A program made the translations under genes and the position numbers. Under the pieces are notes generated by a model. It was not told where the DNA came from. It saw nothing but the letters and a program-made list of their open reading frames with translations, and ran no database searches. Positions 1 to 13,228 of a stretch of 64,000 nt of DNA are shown in pieces. This DNA comes from Oopsacas minuta (lineage: Eukaryota > Animalia > Porifera). The stretch is taken from NCBI GenBank assembly GCA_024704765.1, contig JAKMXF010000304.1, positions 406,322 through 470,321 on the forward strand, in the 5' to 3' direction. Position 1 is the stretch's first letter; the number at the start of each line of letters is the position of its first letter.

Positions 1-361
1 AGTTTACGGGAAACACCAGAAATTTGACTAAACATTGAAATCGTAAGAATTGAGTCTTGATTGCTTCTGATACAAACAAAACACGAATGTATCACGGCTT
101 GCAATCATGCTTTAAAATACTATGTAAATTTCCTTAGTTCGTTGCATTGTCACTGATTTTCTGTGCCGACTACACAGAAAAGTTTATGCATTTAGCAATG
201 AAATCATATAATAATGCTAACATCTGGTTATATAAGGATAGAACAGCTTCCGTACTATGAAAGTTAAATGTATTAGTCTATCACACTCAGAACGGCCTAT
301 CGGTTGGCTGTTAGATTTCTGCTCTCCGTTTAGATTAAGTCTTATTTGTATCCATTTCTAG

Positions 362-784
362 GTTGAGATATCATTCTACGAGATTTATAATGAACATATA
401 TATGATCTCCTGGCTAGTCAAAAGAATCGTAAGGAGCGCACACAGCTACGTGTTAGAGAGCATCCGGTCTTAGGGCCTTATATAGAAGATTTAAGTACAT
501 ATGTAGCTACAGGATATATTGATGTTGAACATTGGCTAACATTAGGCAACAGATTTAGAGCTACTGCCGCTACTGGTATGAATGAGCGATCTAGCAGAAG
601 TCACTCTTGTTTCATGCTAGTGGTTACTCAGAATAGAGAGTTAGAAGGAGAAGAGGCAAGTATAGTGAGCAAAATCAATTTAGTCGATCTCGCTGGTAGC
701 GAGAGAGTGAAAAACTCTTTTACAAGTTCAGAACGCCTCCGAGAAGGACAAAACATCAACAGATCTTTACACACATTAGGGAAG
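362..784 (+). CDS. KIF14: Internal coding exon A of a kinesin-3 (KIF14-like) gene: motor domain from VEISFYEIYNE through switch I (NERSSRSH) and switch II (DLAGSER) to SLHTLGK
   Basis: Acceptor tccatttctAG at 360-361. Open frame VEISFYEIYNEHIYDLL...LRVREHPVLGPYIEDLS...GNRFRATAATGMNERSSRSHSCFML...INLVDLAGSER...EGQNINRSLHTLGK. Donor AAG|GTTTGT at 785, phase 0/0. LRVREHP is kinesin-3-typical; RATAATGMN matches KIF14 as I recall it. Confidence 0.93.
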
Positions 785-3700
785 GTTTGTTTCTAGCGTA
801 AATTGAATCAATTGTGACCTTTGTCCTCGTTTTTGCCATGATCTCGTACCTGAGCTCCTTTAGGCAAAGGAGTATGCAGCGTGAGGCCATTGGGTCACAT
901 GGCACACCTAAGATTGCGTTTGCTTACCAGTTTTTCATTGCAATGTTTATATGAATCCAGGAATTACCGCTCATGGCAACCTCTTTGCGTACTTACTTCG
1001 TACTATCCTAGCATCCAAGCGATCCTTCTGCCTCCAAGTATCTCATGAGCTGCAATTACATGCATTATCATGAAATAGCTAGGGTCATCGCTTCTCCAGG
1101 TGCCTCGATTTCTGCGATAAGGTGTGCTTTTGTTTGTAGGTCAGACTTGATTAAATTCGAAATGCGAAATTTGGATTCAGCATATTTTTTGTTACATAGC
1201 TTAGCAATTATTATCTACCGTTATTTATAATTACATATTTTTGATTACTATTTTATATATTTATTACTAAACTAATAATTTGACGCTAACAATACGCTAG
1301 CTACTTTAAAGCACTTCGTTCTCCCCGAATCTGTGTCACATGTGGCAGAAGTGGCAAATATCAAATATATCTACTTCACTTCGTATGAAAATATATACCA
1401 AAAATCGAATACATTTCCGACTATACAAGTATCTGCATGTTCGATAGAGGAGCTGTGGACGTTTTATGCAATATCGATTATTTCAAACTCTCACTTTATC
1501 TGTTTGAAGAATCTTAAATAGTGTTGATGATGATGCAATACATCTTGTACAAATATTCTAGTGATGTGCCGCTTCTGAACTTGGCATACTTGGGTATACA
1601 GACCCGTGGGAATCAAATATGCTATCAGAATTGTTCCATCTTTTATGAATTATCTGCAATCTGCAATTGAATATTTAACTATCTCATTATCTATATAATG
1701 AGCAAAGTTGACTAGAAAATATCTAATCGGGAAAATACTCGAGTAGGTCAGTAAAATGTTAACTCCAATAGTCAGATTGTTCTTTCAGCTATATTTTCAT
1801 ATGCACATTCTTATCTTTGCCATACTGCCAGGATTTACAATTGTATATTTAGAGTTGTACAAATACTTTTGTTCAGCTAGATTAGTTTTCACCAATATAT
1901 TTATTGTTTCTATGGTTCTGCATTCGATAAATGTCAGCTTGCTACTTATTTATACAATGCTACATTTTTGGTTCTTGTTCTGACAGTTCAATCAGTTTGT
2001 TTGATACTAATACATGACGATTGTATGTTTGATAGCTTGCGACGGATTTTGCTCTTTGAGTTAATTTTGTACTTAGTCAATAGTTTCTTTTAGAATATTT
2101 ACGAATATTTCACCTACAGTGGTTTAAATTGGCAGTTATTAAACTATAGGCATCTCTGTGCTGGATCCCTATATAGGTTATCGATATACAAAATGCTATG
2201 TTCAGTCCATTAAGATACAGTTATGACCAATTTTGTCAAAAGTCCCAACAATTATATTTTTGCTTTGGTAATAATAATTTTTTCATAACCCATGATATTG
2301 TCGTATTTCCATGATTTAGAATTGCATAATTATTAGTGTGTAGTACTTTTGTTCCATTAGTGAATATGTATAGGCCAACCTGAGCAATTGAATTCTGCAA
2401 ACAACGACCCTGACATATGTATAATTACCTGATGTAGAACACATGTTTTAAGACGTCAATTGGTTATCCACGCATATATTGGATAGCTGGCTAACCAGAC
2501 GTAACTAATGCATATCCAAAGACACGAGATGGCATTTCAATTATATCTATGAAGATTGTGCATATATTTATCACCAAACATTCCCAAGAAGAGAATTATT
2601 TGTTTTGAAACAATCCTAACCAGTCTTTTATCCAGGAGCGCTACCCGCACCTACAAGCGCCTATTTACAAAAAATCTGTATGGTTAGGAGCCAGAAAATT
2701 TTGGGAGTTAAGCGCGTACTATACACCTAATTCGGCGAATAATGTAATTATGGTTTAGTATTATTCGAGAACATTCTATTCAAACTTAGTTGATGTAAAT
2801 AGCGATGTAAGTAGGTTAGTATTGTTATTAGTATTGTCTCAAATTCAATATTATTTAGTAATATCTATATTATTACAAATGGAATAATCATAAAGTCAAT
2901 TGAATTGTATTATTGTTTATGAGACTAATCAGTTGAATTCATTAATATTGTAAAATAATTCAAAAGGTAAATTGTTCATAATTAAAGAGAGTAAGCTTGA
3001 TAAATGATATGTAGGTCGAGCCCTAATACTACTGGTATGACACTTCTAGAATGTAATATTAAGCGTATGTATGTAATAGATGTATGATTTGCTTAAAATT
3101 TAAGTTGATGCTTCGAAAATCCAAATGGTCTAGGCGCGCAAGTGAAAGCGAGAACTAATTTAGGCGTGCTACATATAAAAGCTGGAAGAAATCCTAATCC
3201 TAACTATCAAAAGTTGATAATGAAAATGATATACAAATCTATGTTGCGCATCGAAGCGGATCCTACAATTGTATATTTTGATTTTTAACTTTGGAAGTAC
3301 TTTCAGTAATTTTCTAGCTGGACAAAGGTGGACTTGTATTCCCGCCAGCGCTCTTTAAACACGACATTATCTAGACATTTTCGGCCGCCTCTTATTCTCT
3401 TGTCTCTTTTCTCACATTTGTACTTTCCGGCTCCTAAGACCCTATTTTTGAGTAATCGTTTTTGAAAAAAGTGCCATTTTGCTCCGAATGAATGTATGGT
3501 CAATTAATTCGATATGAGCGGGACCCACTCTGGATCTTGCCCATTTCGGGAAACTGTCCCCCATCGCCGTCTCATCCAACACTGCAATAAAATTCTATCT
3601 ACCCTTCTTATTTGAAGAACCCTAATCACCCTAATTTTTCCGTCTTTAATGTAGTCACTGGACCATATTTGGGGATATTTTTCGCCCTTGTTACTCTAGA

Positions 3701-4823
3701 ATGCCTCACTTCTACTCGATATTCTAACTAGCATTCCCGCTTTGTGTTACGCATCGTATTGAATAATTATCTAAACTTCTGCTAACTCTAGTTCTAATCT
3801 TGAAAAAGTGAACAGTAAGCTCTAATTTTGTAAGCTCACAATGTATTGTTGTTCGGTTGGGAGAGCCTTTTAATACGACTGGGGAAACCCCCTCTACAGA
3901 TCAGGGGGGGGGGTTAGCCTAGAACACGCCTGAATCCGAACGAATCTAGTACTTAGATTCTCAAACAATATCTTAATTTAAAAGTTTATTGTTATGTAAT
4001 TTAGTATGATATTATGAACTTTTGATATAGTTATATAGCTATACAGTATACTTACTCCCTCAAACTTATCTATAACGGCAGCAAAAGGAACTGGCTAAAT
4101 ATGGCCTGTTCCTTGTATACTTTTGTAAAATCTAACCCGAGGAGATCGCATGTCCTACCTTTCCTAGATTATTTTGAATTCGAATTTTGCAATTTCAATT
4201 TTTCATCTAAATACCGTTCATATTTTAATTTACTTACAAATATTTATGTCTAATTTTATTGACATCATTGAACCAATTGTTCACGACACTTAAATCATGC
4301 CCTCTTAATTATCTATTTTCCAAGCTGTAATTCATAGTAGTATTAAGCTTTGGAGAATTTTTGCGTTTGCATTTATCTATCCTCTTGACTATTATCTGAC
4401 ACTGACTTCACTGTTCATTACCTGATTTCAGTTCCCTGTACACATAGTAAATTGAGATGTTGGAAACTTAAAAATCATTCTATTTGTATGATATATATAA
4501 TATACCGTATTTCATCATACTATATTGAGGAAATGGAACTTTTGACACATTCGTCATTTATTTTACCATCGCGCCATCACCTAGTATTTTCTGTTGGATA
4601 TAATTCATATCAACTTTAAGTAAGTCTTTATAGCGATGTATTACTTTAAGATACCTTATTTACTTGTGTATAGTGAAAGACTATTGTCTAAATCATGGAA
4701 GCTCAATGCTATTCTATCCCCTTCTTTCAGATAAAGTAGGTTGGAGACTCTCTTGAAAGTTTGGGCCTAGTTTGAGTAGGGTAGAACTTTCACAAATTGT
4801 CACTTTTTTGGGCGCCATAAATT

Positions 4824-5077
4824 ATGACGGGGCTGAAATTTCACTTCTACCTTTAGCAGCAGGTAATTTACAAAGGGTAGAATCCTAGACTACATGAGAT
4901 TAAGGTGTGAAATTCTTGTGCGCCTTAGGATTTTGTGAAAGTAGGGACAAATTTGGTAGGCCAGTTTTCCCCACCGGAAGGCCAAGTTTTCCACATTTCA
5001 CACCTAATTTACTCGTAAACCACCCTAATCCCTTTCCCTATTCTAGCTGCATAAAAAATTTCAACCCTTAATGTCAT
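4824..5077. repeat. Degenerate foldback/palindromic MITE-like remnant
   Basis: Inverted arms ggggctgaaattt (~4829) / aaatttcaaccc (~5057) and attaaggtgtgaaat (~4900) / atttcacacctaat (~4995), centred near 4955. Confidence 0.4.
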
Positions 5078-5319
5078 CTAATCCATGATATTTAGTGAGC
5101 CTTCCACACTAAAAGATTTCTAAGAATTTGATTAAATATATTCCAATAGGGAAATTTTCTTATATAACTAAACTTCCAAAAGGTGAACATCCTGCGAACC
5201 AGCAAAGGTTTTCATTTTTGAGAGGTGTCCACTTTTCATGATTTATCATAAAGTGTGTTTATTGACAAACAGTAGTAGTAAAATCATAGATATAATTCCC
5301 TCTCTGTTGTCTCACAATC

Positions 5320-5724
5320 TCAGGACAATAGAAGGAAAATGATCTGATGGCGATAAGTGAAACTATCCAGCCATCCGTTGGACCCTTTAAACTCTGTATT
5401 TCCAAGAGACTTCGCGATTTCTAGTTCCTTTGCTTGGATGACGGGACCACTGATCGGAATGTTCCTAGCTCTAGCCCCTTGAAACCACGTGAATATTTTT
5501 CTATTAATGTCCTCAAACTTGCAGTTGGGTCTCATCTGCTTGGTTTTTGGATTTAGTTCATGGGCATCTGCAATGTCGCGTATCCTCTTGAGATTCTTAT
5601 TGACTGCACGCACTGATATCTAGTACTTTTCAGCTAGTTTTCGCTTAGACAGACCACTGCCTGAATCTTTGATCAAAGCGTGTCTCTGTTCTCGTGTGGG
5701 CTGTGATTTACATTTAGAAGACAT
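5320..5724 (-). pseudogene. pogo/Tigger-like transposase N-terminal fragment (HTH_psq plus CENP-B-type HTH)
   Basis: ATG at 5724 (MSSKCK...SKRKLAEKY*ISVRAV), one in-frame stop, then FTWFQGARARNIPISGPVIQAK...FKGSNGWLDSF..RH. No DDE domain follows. Confidence 0.8.
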
Positions 5725-5875
5725 TTTTGGTATTTTTGGCCGGAACCATTTTAATTGACAATGACAACAGATTTCTGAAAATGTTATTTATAGGACCTCC
5801 ATGTTTCCCCATTGGTGAAAGCATTGTACATGCAAATATGTTGTCTCTTTTGCCTATTGTATCAGGAAGCTTCTA

Positions 5876-7176
5876 CAGGATCTTAAGAAATTGATGTCCC
5901 TTTATCACCCCCGCTATTCTCTAGTTTAATCTAAATAGATATGGTATTACTTTCTTATATAATCTCCACGCAGTTTTAGACATTTTCTAAGTCGACCAGG
6001 CATCCCAGCTATGAGTCTTTCTAGTGTCTTCGGTGAGATTTCCTTCCAGGCCAATTTTACCTGTTTTTCTAAAACTTTAGGTTGGTTGCGCGCTCCATTG
6101 CATCCAGCTTGGTTTGCAAAATAGCCCAGAGGTTTTCGATAGGGTTTAAGTCTGGTGAGTTCGGAGGCCATATTTCATTTGTCTAAAAACCTACCATATT
6201 GTTTTTCAACCACTTTTGGCTTCTTTTGGAAGTATGTACCGGGGCTCCATCATGTTGAAAAACTGCTTGGGACCTATCTGGCAACAATTTTCTCTCTAGG
6301 ATCGTCCCTGAATCTCTCGTTCGAAGTAAGCTGGATGTTAGAGACTGTTTCAATATGACTTCCACTTAATATTCTGATGTCACAGTTGTCTTTGGGGGAT
6401 TATATCACACCCCATACCATGATTTTCCAGGATATTTAACTTTTTCAGTGGGAGGGATATCAGCCCTGGATTTCGCCCATACACGGTCGTTTTGCTTATT
6501 CGGAGTGTGGAATAGCTCAAAAGAGGACTCATCTGAGAATAAGACTCTTTTCCATGTGTTAATTGACCAATCCTTCCTTTCGTTGCAGAATTTTAGTCGA
6601 GCTGTCCTCTGTTTTTCTGTCAATTTTGGTTGAACCTGTGGTTTGTACGGTCGAACCTTGGGATTTTACGTATGTACGAGTGAACTGTCACATGAGAGAT
6701 AGAAAACCCCTTAGATTGGAGATTCTTGGAGATATGTTGTGTAGACTTCATCTTTTTACCGATTGTCTTAGCAATTACCACTCTAGGTACCATAGTGACT
6801 GACGTTTTCCTTCCACAGCCCTTCCTGTTCTGTAGAGACTCACCGGCCTTGAACCTCAGTAACCAGCGTCGAATGGTACGGATAGATACACCTACAATTT
6901 TAGCAACCTGATGAATTAACATATCCGCTTCTATCGAAGAAACTGCACGTGTACGGGTTTTTGGAGTCGCTTCTTTAACCATATCAATTTCTAGTATATT
7001 ATAGATAGGAATATTTGAAAAATAGCGTATTTTGAGTAGAAAGAATTTAGAAATTAACTGAAATCTAATAATTAAAAGCAATTATGAGTATGATTATAGA
7101 GTTAAAACGTGGTTCATCAAGTGGAATTGTGGTTCTATTTCATTTCCCCAAGGGGACATCAATTTCTTAACCCTTG
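5876..7176 (-). mobile_element. Tc1-like (DD34E-type) transposon, full length about 1.3 kb, frameshifted transposase (ATG 6982 to stop 5947)
   Basis: TIR core ttaagaaattgatgtccc (5883-5900) is the reverse complement of gggacatcaatttcttaa (7153-7170); TA on the left. Split ORFs give paired HTH with GCGRK, VLFSDESSF, FQHDGAPVHTS and LAW..I....L..L...MPGRL..C. Confidence 0.88.
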
Positions 7177-7794
7177 TCATATATTGTGAAGCCACATTAT
7201 CAAACATCCCTGCTTTCACAACTAGTGTGATATCAAAGCTGACTGAATAGTCAAAAATCTGGCAGAAAAACTGATGTTCATTTTTAACATAGTTTGAAAA
7301 GCAGCCCTTTTCATTCCAAACAGCTCTTGCGAAACCACATGATGAGAAATCATATTTTAGATGATTGTAATGCATATTTCGGTACCATATTCAAATAGTA
7401 ATAAATAGATTTCTATGCTCTATCATATGTATTTCTCGAGATATGTTGTAAAACATCAGTTCATGTCGGCCTTATTGTATTGAAGCCTAGCCGGAAAAAA
7501 TACATCCGTATATTAAGGAAGTCATGCATGCAGATTCAGAAAAATTGGCCTGGGATATGTACCTAGGTTGACTAATAAACAGAGTGACTGTATATTTCAA
7601 TAATTATGCGTTTTGGCTCGAAAATAAGTTTGGCATATTAGTAGAAGAGAAATTATCAAAGATAATATGTTAAATTGTGCTCGATTTGTTTGGTGAAACT
7701 TCACATAATTCTTACTGTCTAGTCTTGCCGGGTCTTGCGTCAACCCGATTTTCTGGAGCATGTAGGCGGAGCCGTCGATAGCCACAACGGGCCC

Positions 7795-8060
7795 GGGTTA
7801 ACCCCCTATATAGCCGTTTAGAACAAGCCAGTAAGTATATTTTGAGATTTGGATAATTTGTTACATTCTATTCATATGACAACAATAAATTTACGTATGA
7901 TTAATCCAAAAGTGTGAAAATCGGTTTCAGCATGTTCGATATATTTAATGAAGTTTTATTGAACTCTATTTACTTCCCTGATAAACATTATAAATACATG
8001 GTTGTGCGACAATTTCAAAAGTTGCATAGCGTAAATCCCTTGCTGGACAACGGATAAACA
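7795..8060. repeat. Dispersed non-coding repeat, copy 1 (copy 2 at ~47035-47440)
   Basis: Near-identical blocks in both copies: ttttgagatttgg.taatttgtt.acattctattcata, aaagtgtgaaaatcgg.ttcagcatgttcgatatatt and gacaacgga.aaac. Confidence 0.8.
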
Positions 8061-8703
8061 AAATTGAGATTATTAATATAGATACGTCTTGAATTATTCA
8101 TTATTTATCAGTTCGAGTCAAGAGGCCATCCAAACTCTAATTACTCCAAATATGTTTGGAGAATAATAAATATCGACGACTGCGATACGAGTGGATTTAT
8201 CTCGGCTATGGTTCTCCCAGCCTGTTAAAATATAGTTAGTCTAAGATAACAAGTATAATTTGCACTACCTATATGTTTTGGTTAGCGTAAAATGTAAAAT
8301 GGTAGATGGAGAAGAATTTTAAATCTGATTCTTTGGAGGCTATGTTTGAGTAACTCTAACATATCTTGCCGGGTGGACGTACTTTCACCTCTTCGTGGTT
8401 TCCCGGATCTACTAGATAATATTGTTAAGCGGATGTTGACTGTGCGTACATAATTTTCAGTCGCTAAGTTTCTCATAAATGTTTTAGAAGTTGAACGGAA
8501 TGTGTCATAAAATGCACAGTAAACCATGCCTTCTAAGTCAGCTTTTTTTCAAAAAGGGAAGAATATGAATTGGTTTCAGCATCTAGTAGAGTTTATGGAC
8601 GAATAACAAATCAAGTAAAAATTGACAAGTACCTATTGTGAAAATTTATGTGGGAGTTGAATTGTGGCACATATGTACATTTAGCGTGAAACATCATTAA
8701 TAA

Positions 8704-11700
8704 CACAGGTCAACAAGGTGATTCATCACAGATCTTATATAATTTTTCTAACGTGATTTTTGTCCTGATTCAAATCTGCTCTCCGTCTTTATCTATAAGA
8801 GACAGCCACGTGTAGTTTTTTTATAAGATCCAACTTTATTATTCCATTATTTTCAATAATAAGAATTCTAAATATTCTAAAATTTTACAATAGCAAAGTA
8901 GCACAATTTATATATTAATGCAACATATCTCAATTTACTACTCTATTTTTTCTCTTTATCGAATCAACCAATTCTCATTATGCATCGCAGATGTATCAAT
9001 ACACCAGACAGTTTTTGCTCTGTTTGTGGCTCCATTTGTTTAAAATCACAACGACGTACCATACATAACAAATTACCTCAAGAGAATAAATAGCCAGTAT
9101 TTTGATTGTCCTTTAGATGATCAAGATAATATGTGGGCGCCTCATATAATTTGTTCTGCTTGTTCTAGTGGCTTACGTGATTGGGTGAACAAAAGAGAAA
9201 CTTCAATGCCTTTGCAATGCCAATGGTTTGTAGGGAACCAAAGAACTACTGCGATTATTGTTATTTTTGCATCGTAAATACCACTGGGTTTTCGATGAAA
9301 AATAAACATAAATAATTTACCCAGATTTGGAATCTGCCCGCAGACCAGGTTCTCACGATGTCTCCTTTCCTGTCCCCACTCCTACGTTATATGGACTTGA
9401 TTCTCTTTCTGATGATGTAGATCAGGCTTGTCCAACCTTTTTTGTTCGCGGGCCAAATGAGGGCTTCTTTAACTACTTGAGGGGCCACACGACATTGGAT
9501 ATATCAAGGTAGCATGATGTTATTTATTTGGGGATGGCGTTAATACGGATTATTTCAGAATTGAAAAATCCCTACATGTATTATTAAATTATAGTAACTT
9601 TAATGATAAAGAACATATCTAATGGGATATCTGACTTTGTTTTTGTTTACAGCAAGAGTCAATGTCTGCTCGTACACTTGATGTCGCAATCCGTAATATT
9701 CCTGATAGATGAGTGTCTGTCAGGAGTGATCTAGACTTGTTTTTAACATTTTTCATCATTGAGAAATGCTGTTCACAGCAATACGTGCGGCCAAATAAGG
9801 AAAGGAACCGAAGGGCGTGTTGCGATAAATTAGGAAATAGATCCGATGTAACATATTGACCATAAAATGTCAGAAGGTCATGCTCTGCAAAGCTCTCTTT
9901 CTCTCCGAGTTATTTTGTATTTCAATTAGTTCAAGTTAGAACATTTCAGGAGCATTAGTGGCATCAGTTCCAAACGGATCTGCAAACAACTCCATTTCAT
10001 CGAATTTGTCACTAAAATCAGAAAATCTTAGTTTAAATTCAGCGATTAAGCTGTTGATCAGTGCAGAATACTTGTCATGGTTCACTGTCTCACTTTTTCT
10101 TGAAGATAATGTTGAGATATGTACCACCTTTTTCAAAATAAATTGTTGGTGGAATAATTGTAATTTGTTGATGAACGCTTTGACATGCTCATGCAGGTTG
10201 TTAACGAATTGTTTTCTTCCTTGTGGTTTCAGATTTAAATCTGCGAGATACTTAGTTATGTCAACTAGAAATGCGAGATCATTCAAACACTGATCATCAT
10301 CCAGAAAGCTCACATCTTTTCCCTTAATGGTCATGAATGTTTTTATTTCTTCAAGTAGTGACCAGTATCTGGCTAGAGTAGACGCTCTGCTGAGCCAGCG
10401 AACTTGGCTAAAGTAAATAAAATCGTTATAGTCTGATCCTACCTCTGCAAGAAATGCTTGGAATTGTCTGTGATTGAGTCCCTTCGACCTTATGAAATTG
10501 ACTATATTGACGACATTTTCCATCACATGTTTCATATCTTAGGTTTTTGCACAAAGCTGTTCTTGATGAATAATGCAGTGGTATGCTATAACAGGGGAGG
10601 TCATTGATTTGAGCATAAGGCTAACAAAACCTTTATGCTTTCCTGTCATTGCAGGGGTTCCATCGGTTGTTAAATCACTTAGTTTTCATCTGCAAGTTTG
10701 AATTTCGTAAACACATGTTTTACTACATTGAAAATATCTTGCCCAGTAGCTGTGTCTTTCATTGGAAATAAGTCGAGCAGTTCCTCGATTATTTCGAAAT
10801 TTTCTGTGACGCCACGTACAAAGATTGCCAGTTGAGCTGTGTCGCTTACATCAGTACTTTCGTCAAGGGCCAAGCTGTAAAATTTGCAAGCATTGAGTCG
10901 TTTAATTAATGAAATTTCAATGTTGGATGATAGATCATCTACTCTTCTAGCAACAGTTTGATGTGACAGACTGATGCTCTCTACTATCGACTTCTTATCT
11001 GGGCATGCCACAGATGGAAATATGTCTAAGCAGTCTTTTACAAATTCCCCTTCAGACAATGGCTTTCCACTCTTGGCTATCGCTTCTGTTATCAGAAAGC
11101 TGATCTTTGTTGCTGTCTCAGAACTTAATTTAACGGCTTTGAAGAAAGATTGTTGACTGTTGATGCTATCCTTCAACAGGTTCACCCGATCGATTCTCAC
11201 CTGACCTGTAAGCGTGTCAAATGTATCTGCATGTTTAGTAGAGTAATGTCGTTTGATATTATACTCTTTGAATACAGCTATCTTCTCCTGACATATCAAG
11301 CACAATAAGTATTCGTTGTGTTCTACGACGAAAAAATCTAATGTCCATGAGGATTTGAAAATTCGACATTCACTATCAATTTTCCTTTTCTTTGCTTTAA
11401 TCACGGGAGTTGACATATTTGTTTTGTAGTTATTTAAATATTGTTTAAGATAGTTTATTATTTGGAATTTATATGAGCAGTTCCAGTTGAGAGAAACCCA
11501 GTTATGTGACAGATAATTGCTCAATCAGAACTAAATTAAAAGTTATTTAAAGATTTTTAAGTTATTGAAATCACACTTTTCTGGAATTGGTTTGATTCAA
11601 TTTGGTTTCGCAATATTGGGTTTCTCTTAATTGAGTTCGCTCAAATAGGCCTCACTCAATTAAATATCGCCATCAACTGGTAACAGTTCCCGAACATGTT

Positions 11701-13228
11701 GGCGGGCCGGATTGTGACCCGCGGGCCGTAGGTTGGGCAAGCCTGATATGATGTAGATACTTTGTCATATTCAATGGTCGAATCTTCTATTGGTTCAGAA
11801 TACGTCCCTGTAAATAGTAATTTAGCGCCCCAAACCTTCACACAAGGTGAATTGAATGACCTTGTCAGGATCTTGATCTGTTGAAGGAAAAGGCAGAACT
11901 TCTTGCATCAAGGCTTCAACAAAACATTTATTCAATAGGAATGTTATAGTGCCCCACTATCGTAAGCGAAATTTGATTTGGCTCATTATTTTATAGTTGA
12001 TGGTCGTCTCTGTTATTCTAATGATATTTGACGTGCTGTTTTGTAGTTTGTCACAGGAACTTTCATCTTTTGATTGGCGCCTAAATATTGATTCATCGAA
12101 ACGGCGTTTGAAAGCCGTTTTATTGCATTACGGAAATAACAATCCTGCAATTCCAATTGCTCACTCTATACATCTTAAAGAGTCCAATAATATTATTGCT
12201 TTCTTTGTTTATGGAACAGTCGTGCAACAATAGATCATTACCAAAAGCGTGATTGGCCCAAGAGCACAAATTATGAAGGAGGAACATCCAATATTGACTA
12301 TACACCATTAGATCCTAATAATATCTTTTTTCCACCGCTTCATATAAAACTCGGTTTGATGAAAACTTTCGTCAAAACAATGGGTAAACAAATTCTACAG
12401 GGTTTCGCTTTATTGTTGAGAAATTTCCCAAACTAAGTGATGCTAAGCTTAAAGAGGGTGTATTTATTGGACCACAAATTAGGGAAGTTCTCAAGGATGA
12501 AGAGTTGACAATATACTTTCCGCTAAGGAATTCACAGCTTGGTAATCTTTCAAATGGGTTTGTGAAAACTTTTAGGAAATATGAAGTCAATAGAGTATAT
12601 AGAGGGAGTAAAACTTAATTCAATCATATGAAAACATGGGATGTCGTATGTCATTGAAAGTACACTTTTTGGAATCCCATATTGATTTTTCCAAAAAATC
12701 TTGGTGCTGCAAACGATTAACAGGGTGAAAAATTTCACCAGGACATTCTCAGATTGGAAAATCGATTTTAAAGTTTCTGGAATAACAGTATGATGGCGGA
12801 CTATTGCTGGGTGTTATACAGTGATGAATTCAATAGAGTTTACTTAAGAATTTCCTACTCTCAACGTTTTGACGTCTTAAATATTTTCCCTTTGTTTATT
12901 CAACTTACATATCTCCCAAATGTGAAAAATTTTCATTTTCCTCCTGCAAGATAGTTAGATTCTAATTTGATGCTTAATTAATTATTGAATTATTCACATG
13001 TGACTCTAATAACAAGTGACATTAGTTAGCTGAACAACTTTTAGCATTAATTTAGAATCATAAAATATGTAATATTTCGCAATTGAATTCAAAATTTCAT
13101 GCTAGATTATACAAAATGTATGGGTGTTAGAGAGGAAGGAATGACAGATTTGAAATCAACACAAGATGTAGTCAAGAAAAATGCCCATTTTCGCTTCATG
13201 AGAAAATATGAAAATTTGTTGACCTGTG
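8704..13228 (+). mobile_element. Chapaev3-like (CMC/RAG1-core-related) DNA transposon with both termini; pseudogenised transposase ~8980-12875 interrupted by a hAT
   Basis: Perfect 13-bp TIR cacaggtcaacaa (8704) / ttgttgacctgtg (13228), flanks taa/tga (TWA-like TSD). Fragments: MHRRCINTPDSFCSVCG, WAPHIICSAC, CDYCYFC, FTQGELNDLVR, DWRLNIDSSKRRLKAVLLH, PPLHIKLGLMK, GVFIGPQIR, QGEKFHQDI, MMADYCW. Confidence 0.85.
9423..11745 (-). mobile_element. hAT transposon of SPIN/Charlie/Buster (GTF2IRD2-like) type nested in the Chapaev-like element; transposase 11416-9619 with about 2 frameshifts and 2 nonsense changes
   Basis: 16-bp TIR caggcttgtccaacct / aggttgggcaagcctg; TSD atgtagat (9415-9422 and 11751-11758). 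Motifs KRKIDSECRIFK, CLIC..EYNIKRHY..KH, SLALDESTD, TTDGTPAM, HCIIH, VRWLS, FGRTYCCEQHFS. Confidence 0.93.

Noticed and set aside
3300-3650. Possible integrase remnant (PYIHSEQNG)
   Set aside because: Single weak motif; the expected AER/NRT continuation is absent
8704-8745. RSS-like (12/23) architecture in the Chapaev ends
   Set aside because: Only CACAG resembles the RSS heptamer; there is no ACAAAAACC-like nonamer at 12 or 23 nt on either end
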